From Bispira polyomma (lineage: Eukaryota), in the NCBI GenBank assembly GCA_965649765.1, contig OZ287753.1:70060001-70124000 (forward strand): a DNA stretch of 64,000 nt, in the 5' to 3' direction. The notes beneath the pieces were generated by a model. The model was not told where the DNA came from and made no database searches. It was given only the letters and a program-made list of their open reading frames with translations. How positions within the stretch are numbered: position 1 is the first letter of the stretch; every line of letters starts with the position of its first letter. A program made the translations under genes and the position numbers. This document shows, in pieces, positions 1 through 12,949 of this stretch.

Positions 1-959
1 AAAACTTTAAAATGTTTCTTGTGTGCACTAGGCGCATTAGATTGAAACTATAAAATATTTTCAAGTAAGCATGGAAAACACAAAGTTTTTTAGATCAAAA
101 CTGTTACACATATTTAAAGAATATGAGTAGTAAATGATTTGCATAGTATGGGTCACAACTTGGTTTGCGCGGGGTAAATTGGAACCCAAACTCAGTGCGG
201 AGGATTCTGTCTCCTAAACCCACTCTGAGCTCACGTTTAGGGTGCCAGAGTTGAATAGGAGCCCTGGGGGGAGTATTCTCTGCTATTTAATTAGGTGCCC
301 AAGGTGTCAAGCTCTGAAAAACTTTAGGGCAAAAATAAAAAACTAAGCTTTAGTAGAAGATCATGTTAAATCGAGATTCTTCTTTCTGAATGTCACAGTA
401 TTGGTTCCTGTGGGGACATCATGTTTATGGACAATTTAGGTTGACTCTTATTGGTCATATAGATAGCAAAGAAGGTTTATGGTCCAATTATGGTCAACCG
501 TACTGGAGCACGAATTAGACTTTGATGTATGAAAATGCTCATATGTATCTAAATGCCAACCAGTGTGATGATAACCCTAAAGGGACATTGTATAATATTT
601 ATTGGCCATTGGCCTCAATGGATCATGTGAACATATATTTTATTCAGTAACAGTTATACATGAAGTTACTTACATTAATGTTTTAATTTGGCTAGTCCTA
701 TTATTATTATGAAGAGACTTAGGATATCCTGGTTATCTTGTATTTTAAAGAATATGTTGTATTATGTTTAAGATTTGTTTAATGTATTAGTAGCCTTATA
801 TATTAGTTGGCTGTTATGGTATAGTTCCCTTGTTGTGGCTTTAAAATTTTACATATTCTTAAAAATTTTAAGCAATTTGTATTTTATCAACCTTGATATA
901 ACATAAATTAGTCTCAAAATTAGACAATGGGAACAAAATTTTAACTGAGCAAGGTTTAA

Positions 960-2309
960 TACTACAAGAAATAAAAAATTATTATAATGACTTATATGAC
1001 AGAAAAATTTGTCCAGACACTTCTCGACATTTAAAAATATTTTTAAACAACAAGAATATTCAGTGTCTAAGGAGTGAGGAAATAAATCATTGTGAAGGAT
1101 TAATAACAGAACTTGAGATAAAAAGAGTCTTAAAAAACATGAAAAATGGGAAAACCCCAGGCTCAGATGGTTTTCCATCTGAGTTTTATAAAATTTTTTG
1201 GACTGACCTTAGTAAATTTGTTATGGACAGTATAAATGAAGCCTTTGAAAAGTACGAGTTATCTATAACTCAGAAACAAGGGATCATAACTTTAGTGCCT
1301 TTACCAGGTAAATCAAGAGTATCTCCTAAGAATTGGCGTCCCATTACATTGGTTAATGTTGACTATAAGCTTATATCAGGTGTACTTGCTTTGCGAATGA
1401 AAGAAATTCTACCCAAAATTATAATTAATGCTCAAAAAGGCTTCCAATCGATATATTGGCAAAAATATAAGGATTATATATGGTATTATCCATTTTCTCA
1501 AATTAAAACAATGAACTGCCTTACTTTTGCTCATAGATTTTGAAAAAGCCTTTGACTCTCTAGAATGGGCTTACATCAGAAAGGTTCTGTATGCATGTAA
1601 TTTTGGACAACATTTTATAAAATGGTATAACCTTCTGTATGAAAATTCCTGTAGCTGTGTTGTTAATGATGGCTTCTTCTCTGAATTTTTTAATTTACAC
1701 GGAGAGTGTCGACAAGGGGATCAGCTTAGCCCATATTTGTTCATACTAGCTATAAAACCACTCTCTTTAGAGATCAAGCAAAACAAATCTATAAAAGGTG
1801 TTAATGTGGGCAATATAATAAGCAATATAGGTCACTTTGCAGATGACACCTTCCTTCTGTTAGATAAAAGTGAATCCTCATCACGGAAGCTATTCAAACA
1901 GATTTTATCTGTGCTCTGGTCTAAAAATAAATGTAGATAAAATGCAATGTGTATGTCTTGGTAATAACACAGCTACAACAACAATGAGTGGGGATTACAA
2001 CTTAGTATGGACAGAACATTTTAATCTTCTTAGAATTAAGTTTGATAGAAATTTGAATAAAATGGTTGAAATTAATTTTAAAGATGCTATCACTGAGATT
2101 GGAAAACTTTTCAGCATAAGAAATATCATTTATCCCTCATTGGAAAAGTCACTGTTATCAAAACACTTGTTCTTCCCAAATTAGTTTATCCACTCACTGT
2201 TCTTCCAGCTCCCTCAGAAGATATATTTCGAAACTTTGATAAAATTACTAAAAATTATATTTGGAAGGATAATGTCCGTATATCAACATCGCAAGTGGAG
2301 AAAACAGTG
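960..2309 (+). mobile_element. Degenerate L1/Tx1-clade LINE ORF2 fragment (reverse transcriptase)
   Basis: Frameshifted ORFs with KTPGSDGFPSEFYK, NWRPITLVNVDYK, IDFEKAFDS, RQGDQLSPYLF, HFADDT; cut off at 2309 by an AGTAGT terminus. Confidence 0.9.
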
Positions 2310-3145
2310 AGTAGTATAGGGACCTGAGAACTCCCCCCAGACATGCTACATAGGAGCCAGAAGTGACGTCATGCGCCTTTTCGGCACACTTTGGTAGGTG
2401 CATACTAAACGCTATCCAGGGGTATCCTATTACCAGATATCCGGAGGGTGCATACTGAACGCCATCCAGGGGGTATCCTATTACCAGATTTCAGGGGGTT
2501 GCACACTAAACGCCAGCTAGGGGTATCCTATTACCGGCTTTCCGGTGGGTGTTCACTAAAACCCAGTCAGGGGTATCCTATTAAGGTACCCTATTACCGG
2601 TGGAACCATATTATTGGGTAGGTGCACACTAAACGCTAAAGAGGAGGTATCCTATTACCAGACAGGTGGGGTTGCCTATTATTAGAGAGATGTGGTTGCT
2701 TATTGTCCGAAATATGTCAAACCACCCCCAAGCATCAGTCATTTTCGGGAATATTTGGAGAGAGTTTGGAAAACTGGATTTGGGTTAGTTTGAAATTTAG
2801 TATGTCCCTAGTTGCTAAGGGGGCCAAAAAGATGGAAGCTTCCTTGGAAATTTTAGTTTTTTTTTAATAAGTATGAGTAAATTGCAAGTGCATAGGGTAA
2901 AATGTTACTGAAAATATGATTTCCGTGTATAAAATTACCATGATAAAAAGTGTGCCCCTACAAACTCCAAAAATTAGGACCCTTGAACTGTTCCAAATTT
3001 TACAAATGACTCTATTATCACTCAGCCACCATCTTGGATTTTCTTGGAGCCCCAAAAAAGTGATATGTCAATGATATGCCAATCTTAAAACAGGGATATC
3101 TTGGTCATGCATGCATCGATTTTCATTCCGTAAAAAGTATTAGAG
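2310..3145 (+). mobile_element. Orphan Polinton/Maverick terminus and subterminal region
   Basis: Begins AGTAGTATAG like the element at 38021. About 2570-3140 is homologous, in inverted orientation, to 44270-44700 of that Polinton. Confidence 0.75.
2395..2665 (+). repeat. ~52-bp imperfect tandem repeats inside the Polinton end
   Basis: About 5 units of ggtgca(c/t)actaaacgc...ggggtatcctattacc. Confidence 0.8.
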
Positions 3146-3302
3146 ACAAGGGACGGAGCTTAAACAGGTCCCTTAATTGGCTTAAACTGCTCAGAACTTG
3201 TGTAATCTGGATATGACTGGCGTAATTTGGTGTTATCTGGAGCAAACATTACATGAACATGTGATGACCTGACACTAACATGGCTGTTATATTGCATTTC
3301 TC

Positions 3303-3334
<32 letters not shown>

Positions 3335-3624
3335 AAAAAAAAAAAAAAAATAGGCTCAATATGAAAGAAATCCAACTCATACCCCACCAAGGTAAATACT
3401 CAAATTATTACCAACTATTGCCTTTGTCACCTCCCACGGTGGCCAAATTGGATTTTTTTTTAAATCTTTTTTTTTTACATAACTGTCGGTAAAATATTCA
3501 AGCAATTTACCCATAGGACCAGAGCTGCACATATTCTGCCATGGAAAATACTCAGTCAATTCGTCTTCTTCAATCGTGTGACACATATGCTATATTGGAT
3601 TTAAAAAATTCAAACTATTCATTA

Positions 3625-4020
3625 TCATTCAGAAAAACAAGATGGCCACCAAGGCCTCCTTCTTGAAAATGGTTTCTAGACATTTAAAGAAAAAGTATTG
3701 AAGCTATCATCACCAAATTATTCGTGGAGGCGTATCGTGTCAATAGCTTGGTTGGGATTGTATTTGGGCCCATTCAGAAAAACAAAATGGCTGCCATGGC
3801 CGCCATCCTGAAAGCGGTTTCCGGACATTTTAAGGAAAAGTATTGCAGCTATTAGTATCAAAGTTGTTGTGGAGGTGCATCATGTTAATAGCTTGGTTGG
3901 GATTGTATTTGGGCCCATTCCAAATAACAAGATGGCCACCATCTTGGAAACTATTTCCAGACATTTTAAAGAAAAGTATTGCAGCTATCATTACCAAATT
4001 TGTTGTGGAGGTGTATCTAT
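3625..4020 (+). repeat. Three-unit imperfect tandem repeat (~125-145 bp)
   Basis: Recurring aacaagatggcc...gacattttaaagaaaagtattgcagctatc...gtggagg units. Confidence 0.75.
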
Positions 4021-5770
4021 ATAAACAAATAATAAAATTAAAATTTGTTGTTTGTCGTCTTTTTGAGGTCTATAACCCCACTTGTTTGGGAGTTGAACTA
4101 GATTAAGTCCTTAACCACAGATCATGGGAAACCACATACAAATATAATGAAAGTTGAACTAGGGACCCTCTGAGGACTAGTACAATCCTCTAACCACAAT
4201 ACCAATGAAATTGCGACAATAAAACCAATATCTGTTGAACAGACAGAAGTTAAAAACCAACTCTGGCAGTATAGAATAAAGAAAATGTGAATGAAGGAAA
4301 GCATTGGCAGAGCACTAATATTGAAGTTCATTTGCTGACAATATTTTATTCTTTTTATTGAGCCAAAGTCACTAGTTAAGGTACTGAGTAGCTATTTAAA
4401 AAACAAACAAATAAAGGGTGCATCTCAGCAGTGATACTGAGTAGCCATTTCACATTAACCTCTTCGCTAACAATGGAGAGTAATTGCACTACATGGAGGG
4501 AAAATACTTGGACATCACAAATGACATTTATGCAACAACTATTTACATAACAAATAAAAAAATATATTTATCTTTATGTGAAAAGCAGCGTACCACATAG
4601 ATTTATTCTCGTGTGCAGAAGGAGCTATACAGTAATGTTTTATACAGTTGACTGCTGGCCAACAGACATGGCATTGTCAAAAAGTAGTATCTGTTAACTG
4701 TTAGCCTGCAGACAAGGTTGTCAGGGTTTAAACAAATAAATGGCGCATCGAAGAAATGATAAAGGGGTCACAATCATTTAAGGGTCGTTTAAGGGTGTAA
4801 TAAAATGAATTTAATGCTTTCTTATTTAGTGACAATTCTCAGATTGCCCGATTAAACTTTCACAGCAATGCGCAGAAGCGAAGGAAAAAGCTGATCTCAA
4901 CAACAATCATTATCATTAGGAAAGCATGTGAAGTAGTGAAAACAGACAAAATTAAAAAAAATTAACAGACTTTCTGTGTATCAATGACCAAGTGCTACAT
5001 AGTCATCAGGAAACCAAGTTAGATAGCATAATGGATTGTAGTTTTGAATATGTGCTAAAATAGAATAAATTATAAGTAATAAACAGTCTTCACTTGTATC
5101 AATGTAGTAATTAGTGTGTCAGGGTAAGGCCAAGTCAACCATTTGTAATTATGAAGTAATTAGTTTAGTTTTGAAATATAAAACAAGCTTCATTATTCTT
5201 GGCCCTAATGATGTCTATGAGCAGAAAATTAACACAAAATCTGCAAGAGAGGTTGGTAAAAATGCTGTTGCAAGGCCTAAAACCGGGGTAAAGCATCATC
5301 TGAAAAACATACTATGCACACATTTCAGACAAAAATGGGACAGCATCTCAGATATAATGAACATGTACAGTACTGAATTTAACTGGTAAGATTATTTATC
5401 AGTTCGAGTTGTCAGATTGGCAGAACCTGCACAATACTAAAGTTGAAGTTTATTTATCAGTTTCAGTTCAATTAAAGTGAAAGAGCTAATATACACCCAA
5501 CTGTAAATGACAACTAAGTCTAATTGAAAATGGATGTGGATAAATATGGTCCTTGCCCACCGGGTGCAATTCAGTATGATCCAAATATTTACTATCATAC
5601 AAAAGTTTTACATACTGTGAAAAAGAGATATTGTCTGTACATTCCCTATTTCATCCAAGTAAATGTCCTGGTTGGCATCTATTACAAACATCTCTGAATT
5701 TAGTCATATGAGGAGGTGGAAGTTGTATTTTGTGTATCTGTATCACGAAAACATGGAGTATTGAAAAACT

Positions 5771-8637
5771 AGTAGAAAACAGCCTTAAGGAATGGCAGTT
5801 TAGGGTGATCTTAGGTGTTTCAAATTGCATGTACCCACGAATATACAAGGTATTGCATATAGGAAAGGCTATAACAACATGGGCCCAACTGGCTCCGGGT
5901 GGATTCGGACATTCCAAAACACCGGCAAAAGTTTTTGTCGTCACCCCTGGAGACGTTACAAGTAGTCTTAGGTGTTTCAAATTGCATGTACCCACGAATA
6001 TACAAAGTATTGCATATAGGAAAGGCTATAAGAACATGGCCCAACTGGCTCCGGGTGGATCCGGACATTCCAAAACCCAGGAAAAAATTTTGTCGTCACC
6101 CCTGGAGACGTTATAAGTAGAAAACAGCCTTAAGGAATGGCAGTTTAGAGTGATCTTAGGTGTTTCAAATTGCATGTACCCACGAATTATACAAGGTATT
6201 GCATATAGGAAAGGCTATAACAACATGGGCCCAACTGGCTCCGGGTGGATCCGGACATTTAAAAACCCCGGCAAAAATTTTGTCGTCACCCCTGGAGACG
6301 TTACAAGTAGAAAACAGCCTTAAGGAATGGCAGTTTAGGGTGATCTTAGGTGTTTCAAATTGCATATACCCACGAATACAAGGTATTGCATATAGGAAAG
6401 GCTATAACAACATGGGCCCAACTGGCTCCGGGTGGATCCGGACATTCCAAAACCCCGGCAAAAATTTTGTCGTCACCCCTGGAGACGTTACAAGTAGAAA
6501 ACAGTCTTAAGGAATGGCAGTTTAGGGTGATCTTAGGTGTTTCAAATTCCATATACCCACGAATATACAAGGTATTGCATATAGGAAAGGCTATAACAAC
6601 ATGGGCCCAACTGGCTCCGGGTGGATCCGGACATTTAAAAACCCCGACAAAAATTTTGTCGTCACCCCTGGAGACGTTACAAGTAGAAAACAGCCTTAAA
6701 GAATGGCAGTTTAGGGTGATCTTAGGTGTTTCAAATTGCATGTACCAACGAATATACAAGGTATTGCATATAGGAAAGGCTATAACAACATGGGCCCAAC
6801 TGGCTCCGGGTAGATCTGGACATTCCAAAACCGCGGCAAAAGTTTTTGTCGTCACCCCTGGAGACGTTACAAGTAGTCTTAGGTGTTTCAAATTGCATGT
6901 ACCCACGAATATACAAGGTATTGCATATAGGAAAGGCTATAAGAACATGGCCCAACTGGCTCCGGGTGGATCCGGACATTCCAAAACCCCGGCAAAAATT
7001 TTGTCGTCACCCCTGGAGACGTTACAAGTAGAAAACAGCCTTAAGGAATGGCAGTTTAGGGCGATCTTAGGTGTTTCAAATTGCATATACCCACGAATAT
7101 ACAAGGTATTGCATATAGGAAAGGCTATAACAACATGGGCCCAACTGGCTCCGAGTGGACCCGGATATTCCAAAACCCCGGCAAAAATTTTGTCGTCACC
7201 CCTGGAGACGTTACAAGTAGAAAACAGCCTTAAGGAATGGCAGTTTAGGGTGACCGTAGGTGTTTCAAATTGCATATACCCACGAATATACAAGGTATTG
7301 CATATAGGAAAGGCTATAACAACATGGGCCCAACTGGCTCCAGGTGGATCCGGACATTCCAAAACCATGGCAAAAATTTTGTCGTCACCCATGCAGACGT
7401 TACAAGTAGAAAACAGCCTTAAGGAATGGCAGTTTAGGGTGATCTTAGGTGTTTCAAATTGCATGTACACACGAATATACAAGGTATTGCATATAGGAAA
7501 AGCTATAACAACATGGGCCCAACTGGCTCCGGGTGGATCCGGACATTCCAAAACCCCCGCAAAAATTTTGTCGTCACCCCTGGAGACGTTACAAGTAGAA
7601 AACAGCCTTAAGGAATGGCAGTTTAGGGTGATCTTAGGTGTTTCAAATTGCATATACCCACGAATATACAAGGTATTGCATATAGGAGAGGCTATAACAA
7701 CATGGGCCCAACTGGCTCCGGGTGGACCCGGATATTCCAAAACCCCGGCAAAAATTTTGTCGTCACCCCTGGAGACGTTACAAGTAGAAAACAGCCTTAA
7801 GGAATGGCAGTTTAGGGTGATCTTAGGTGTTTCAAATTGCATGTACCCACGAATATACAAGGTATTGCATATAGGAGAGGCTATAACAACATGGGCCCAA
7901 CTGGCTCCGGGTGGATCCAGACATTCCAAAACCCCGGCAAAAATTTTGTCGTCACCCCTGGAGACGTTACAAGTAGAAAACAGCCTTAAGGAATGGCAGT
8001 TTAGGGTGATCTTAGGTGTTTCAAATTGCATATATCCAAGAATATACAAGGTATTGCATATAGGAAAGGCTATAACAACATGGGCCAAACTGGCTCCGGG
8101 TGGATCCGGACATTCCAAAACCCCGGCAAAAATTTTGTCATCACCCCTGGAGACGTTACAAGTAGAAAACAGCCTTAAGGAATGGCAGTTTAGGGTGATC
8201 TTAGGTGTTTCAAATTGCATATACCCACGAATATACAAGGTATTGCATATAGGAAAGGCTATAACAACATGGGCCCAACTGGCTCCGGGTGGATCCGGAC
8301 ATTCCAAAACCCAGGAAAAAATTTTGTCGTCACCCCTGGAGACGTTACAAGTAGAAAACAGCCTTAAGGAATGGCAGTTTAGGGTGATCTTAGGTGTTTC
8401 AAATTGCACATACCCAAGAATATACAAGGTATTGCATATAGGAAAGGCTATAACAACATGGGCCAAACTGGCTCCGGGTGGATCCGGACATTCCAAAACC
8501 CCGGCAAAAATTTTGTCGTCACCCCTGGAGACGTTACAAGTAGAAAACAGCCTTAAGGAATGGCAGTTTAGGGTGATCTTAGGTGTTTCAAATTGCATGT
8601 ACCCACGAATATACAAGGTATTGCATATAGGAAAGGC
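5771..8637 (+). repeat. 189-bp satellite array, left arm (forward orientation)
   Basis: About 15-16 near-identical monomers; two shortened monomers (deletion at caagtag|tcttagg, ~5960 and ~6870) lie 911 bp apart. Confidence 0.97.
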
Positions 8638-11600
8638 CAAAATTTTTGCCGGGGTTTTGGAATGTCCGGATCCACCCGGAGCCAGTTGGGCCCATGTTGT
8701 TATAGCCTTTCCTATATGCAATACCTTGTATATTCGTGGGTATATGCAATTTGAAACACCTAAGGTCACCCTAAACTGCCATTCCTTAAGGCTGTTTTCT
8801 ACTTGTAGCGTCTCCAGGGGTGACGACAAAATTTTTGCCGGGATTTTGAATGTCCGGATCCACCTGGAGCCAGTTGTGCCCATGTTGTTATAGCCTTTCC
8901 TATATTCAATACTTTGTATATTCGTGGGTATATGCAATTTGAAACACCTAAGATCACCCTAAACTGCCATTCCTTAAGGCTATTTTCTACTTGTAACGTC
9001 TCCACGGGTGACAACAAAATTTTTGCCGGGGTTTTGAATGTCCGGATCCACCTGGAGCCAGTTGGGCCCATGTTGTTATAGCCTTTCCTATATGCAATAC
9101 CTTGTATATTCGTGGGTATATGCAATTTGAAACACCTAAGATCACCCTAAACTGCCATTCCTTAAGGCTGTTTTCTACTTGTAACGTCTCCAGGGGTGAC
9201 GACAAAATTTTTGCCGGGGTTTTGGAATGTCCGGGTCCACCCGGAGCCAGTTGGGCCCATGTTGTTATAGCCTTTCCTATATGCAATACCTTGTATATTC
9301 GTGGGTATATGCAATTTGAAACACCTAAGATCACCTTAAACTGCCATTCCTTAAGGCTGTTTTCTACTTGTAACGTCTCCAGGGGTGACGACAAAATTTT
9401 TGCCGGGGTTTTGGAATGTTCGGATCCACCCAGAGCCAGCTGGGCCCATGTTATAGCCTTTCCTATATGCAACACCTTGTATATTCGTGGTTATATGCAA
9501 TTTGAAACACCTAAGATCACCCTAAACTGCCATTCCTTAAGGCTGTTTTCTACTTGTAACGTCTCCAGGGGTGACGACAAAATTTTTGCCAGGGTTTTGG
9601 AATGTCCGGATCCACCCGGAGCCAGTTGGGCCTTGTTGTTATAGCCTTTTCTATATGCAATACCTTGTATATTCGTGGGTATATGCAATTTGAAACACTT
9701 AAGGTCACCCTAAACTGCCATTCCTTAAGGCTGTTTTCTACTTGTAACGTCTCCAGGGGTGACGACAAAATTTTTGCCGGGGTTTTGGAATATCCGGGTC
9801 CACTCGGAGCCAGTTGGGCCCATGTTGTTATAGCCTTTCCTATATGCAATACCTTGTATATTCGTGGGTATATGCAATTTGAAACACCTAAGATCACCCT
9901 AAACTGCCATTCCTTAAGGCTGTTTTCTACTTGTAACGTCTCCAGGGGTGACGACAAAATTTTTGCCGGGGTTTTGGAATGTCCGGGTCCACCCGGAGCC
10001 AGTTGGGCCCATGTTGTTATAGCCTTTCCTATATGCAATACCTTGTATATTCGTGGGTATATGCAATTTGAAACACCTAAGATCACCTTAAACTGCCATT
10101 CCTTAAGGCTGTTTTCTACTTGTAACGTCTCCAGGGGTGACGACAAAATTTTTGCCGGGGTTTTGGAATGTTCGGATCCACCCAGAGCCAGCTGGGCCCA
10201 TGTTATAGCCTTTCCTATATGCAACACCTTGTATATTCGTGGTTATATGCAATTTGAAACACCTAAGATCACCCTAAACTGCCATTCCTTAAGGCTGTTT
10301 TCTACTTGTAACGTCTCCAGGGGTGACGACAAAATTTTTGCCAGGGTTTTGGAATGTCCGGATCCACCCGGAGCCAGTTGGGCCTTGTTGTTATAGCCTT
10401 TTCTATATGCAATACCTTGTATATTCGTGGGTATATGCAATTTGAAACACTTAAGGTCACCCTAAACTGCCATTCCTTAAGGCTGTTTTCTACTTGTAAT
10501 GTCTCCAGGGGTGACGACAAAATTTTTGCCGGGGTTTTGGAATATCCGGGTCCACTCGGAGCCAGTTGGGCCCATGTTGTTATAGCCTTTCCTATATGCA
10601 ATACCTTGTATATTCGTGGGTATATGCAATTTGAAACACCTAAGATCACCCTAAACTGCCATTCCTTAAGGCTGTTTTCTACTTGTAACGTCTCCAGGGG
10701 TGACGACAAAATTTTTGCCGGGGTTTTGGAATGTCCGGGTCCACCCGGAGCCAGTTGGGCCCATGTTGTTATAGCCTTTCCTATATGCAATACCTTGTAT
10801 ATTCGTGGGTATATGCAATTTGAAACACCTAAGATCACCTTAAACTGCCATTCCTTAAGGCTGTTTTCTACTTGTAACGTCTCCAGGGGTGACGACAAAA
10901 TTTTTGCCGGGGTTTTGGAATGTTCGGATCCACCCAGAGCCAGCTGGGCCCATGTTATAGCCTTTCCTATATGCAACACCTTGTATATTCGTGGTTATAT
11001 GCAATTTGAAACACCTAAGATCACCCTAAACTGCCATTCCTTAAGGCTGTTTTCTACTTGTAACGTCTCCAGGGGTGACGACAAAATTTTTGCCAGGGTT
11101 TTGGAATGTCTGGATCCACCCGGAGCCAGTTGGGCCTTGTTGTTATAGCCTTTTCTATATGCAATACCTTGTATATTCGTGGGTATATGCAATTTGAAAC
11201 ACTTAAGGTCACCCTAAACTGCCATTCCTTAAGGCTGTTTTCTACTTGTAATGTCTCCAGGGGTGACGACAAAATTTTTGCCGGGGTTTTGGAATATCCG
11301 GGTCCACTCGGAGCCAGTTGGGCCCATGTTGTTATAGCCTTTCCTATATGCAATACCTTGTATATTCGTGGGTATATGCAATTTGAAACACCTAAGGTCA
11401 CCCTAAACTGCCATTCCTTAAGGCTGTTTTCTACTTGTAACGTCTCCAGGGGTGACGACAAAATTTTTGCCGGGATTTTGAATGTCCGGATCCACCCAGA
11501 GCCAGCTGGGCCCATGTTGTTATAGCCTTTCCTATATGCAATACCTTGTATATTTGGGGGTATAAGCAATTTCAAACATCTAAGATCTCCCTAAACTACT

Positions 11601-12511
11601 ATCCTTAAGGTTGTTTTCTACATATAATGTCTCCAGTGGTGACAGCAAAATTTTTGCCGGGGTTTTGGAGTGTCCGGATCTACGCGGAGCCAGCTGGGCC
11701 CATGTTGTTATAACCTTTCATTTTTGCAATACCTTGTATATTGGGGGGGTATATGCAATTTCAAACATCTAAGATCACACTAAACTGCCATCTTTAAGAT
11801 TGTTTTCTACATATAACGTCTCCAGGGGTGACAGCAAAATTTTTGCCGGGGTTTTGGATTGTCCGGATCCACCCGGAGCCAGCTGGGCCCATGTTGTTAT
11901 AGCCTTTCCTATATGCAATATCTTGTCTATTCAGAGGTATATGCAAATTCAAACATCTAAGATCACCCTAAACCACCATCCTTAAAGTTGTTTTCAACAT
12001 ATAACGTCTCCAGGGGTGACAGCAAAATTTTTGCTGGGGTTTTGAAGTGTCCGGATCCACCCGGAGCCAGCTAGGCCCATGTTGTTATAGCCTTTCCTAT
12101 ATGCAATACCTTGCATATTGGGGGGTATCTGCAATTTCAAACATCTAAGATCACCCTAAACTGCCATCCTTAAAGTTGTTTTCAACATATAACGTCTCCA
12201 CGGGTGACGGCAAAATTTTTACCGGGGTTTTGGAGTGTCCGGATCCACCCGGAGCCAGTTAGGCCCATGTTGTTATAGCCTTTCCTATATGCAATACCTT
12301 GTATATTGGGGGGTATATGCAATTTAAAACATCTAAAATCACCCTAAACTGCCATCCCTTAAGGTTGTTTTCTACATGTGACGTCTCCAGGGGTGACGGC
12401 AAATTTTTGCCGGGGTTTTGAAGTGTCAGGATCCACCCGGAGCCAGTTGGGCCCATGTTGTTATAGCCTTTCCTATATGCAATACCTTGTATATTCGGGG
12501 GTATATGCTAG
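8638..12511 (-). repeat. 189-bp satellite array, right arm (inverted), with 752-bp higher-order repeat
   Basis: Reverse complement of the left-arm monomer. Diagnostic variants recur every 752 bp (9631/10383/11135). Monomers beyond ~11500 are more diverged. Confidence 0.97.
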
Positions 12512-12949
12512 TTTTGATGAAAATGATAACCTCTACCTTTCATAATAAATAAAATACTGTAATGTGTTTCTTTCATTGTTTTTAATAGCAGTGTTTTCTC
12601 ACTAAACAAGATAAAATTTCTAGGTGTTGTAATTCACAGGTACCATGGAAAATGTAGCAATGAAAATTTTCAAAAGGATTAAATATTTGCAATTTTAGTG
12701 AATGAATTACGACAGTGAATAATAATGAAAAAAATGATAAAACAAAATTAATTCTAGTAAAAATTATTTCTTCTCGTTGAAAGTCCCACTAATACAGGAA
12801 GTCTGGTATATATTTTTTGTGGCCCAGAACATTTTGGTTTACAAAAAAACAGAAAGCTTGACATTACGGCATATTCTCATAAGTTGGCTTCAATTAAATT
12901 TAGTTAAGTTTCACATTGTTTTCAACAACTCCCTGTTCCAGTTCTAATT

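Noticed and set aside
3280-3492. ORF with poly-Pro/poly-Lys
   Set aside because: Translation of adjacent C and A homopolymer runs.
6350-8937. 847-aa (+) and 666-aa (-) ORFs made of 63-aa repeats
   Set aside because: They arise because the 189-bp monomer is a multiple of 3 and has no stop in two frames. Neighbouring monomers carry frameshifting indels and the ORFs read through the inversion, so there is no sign of coding constraint.
5771-12511. CRISPR-like array
   Set aside because: Monomers repeat head to tail with no unique spacers, there are no cas genes and the context is eukaryotic.
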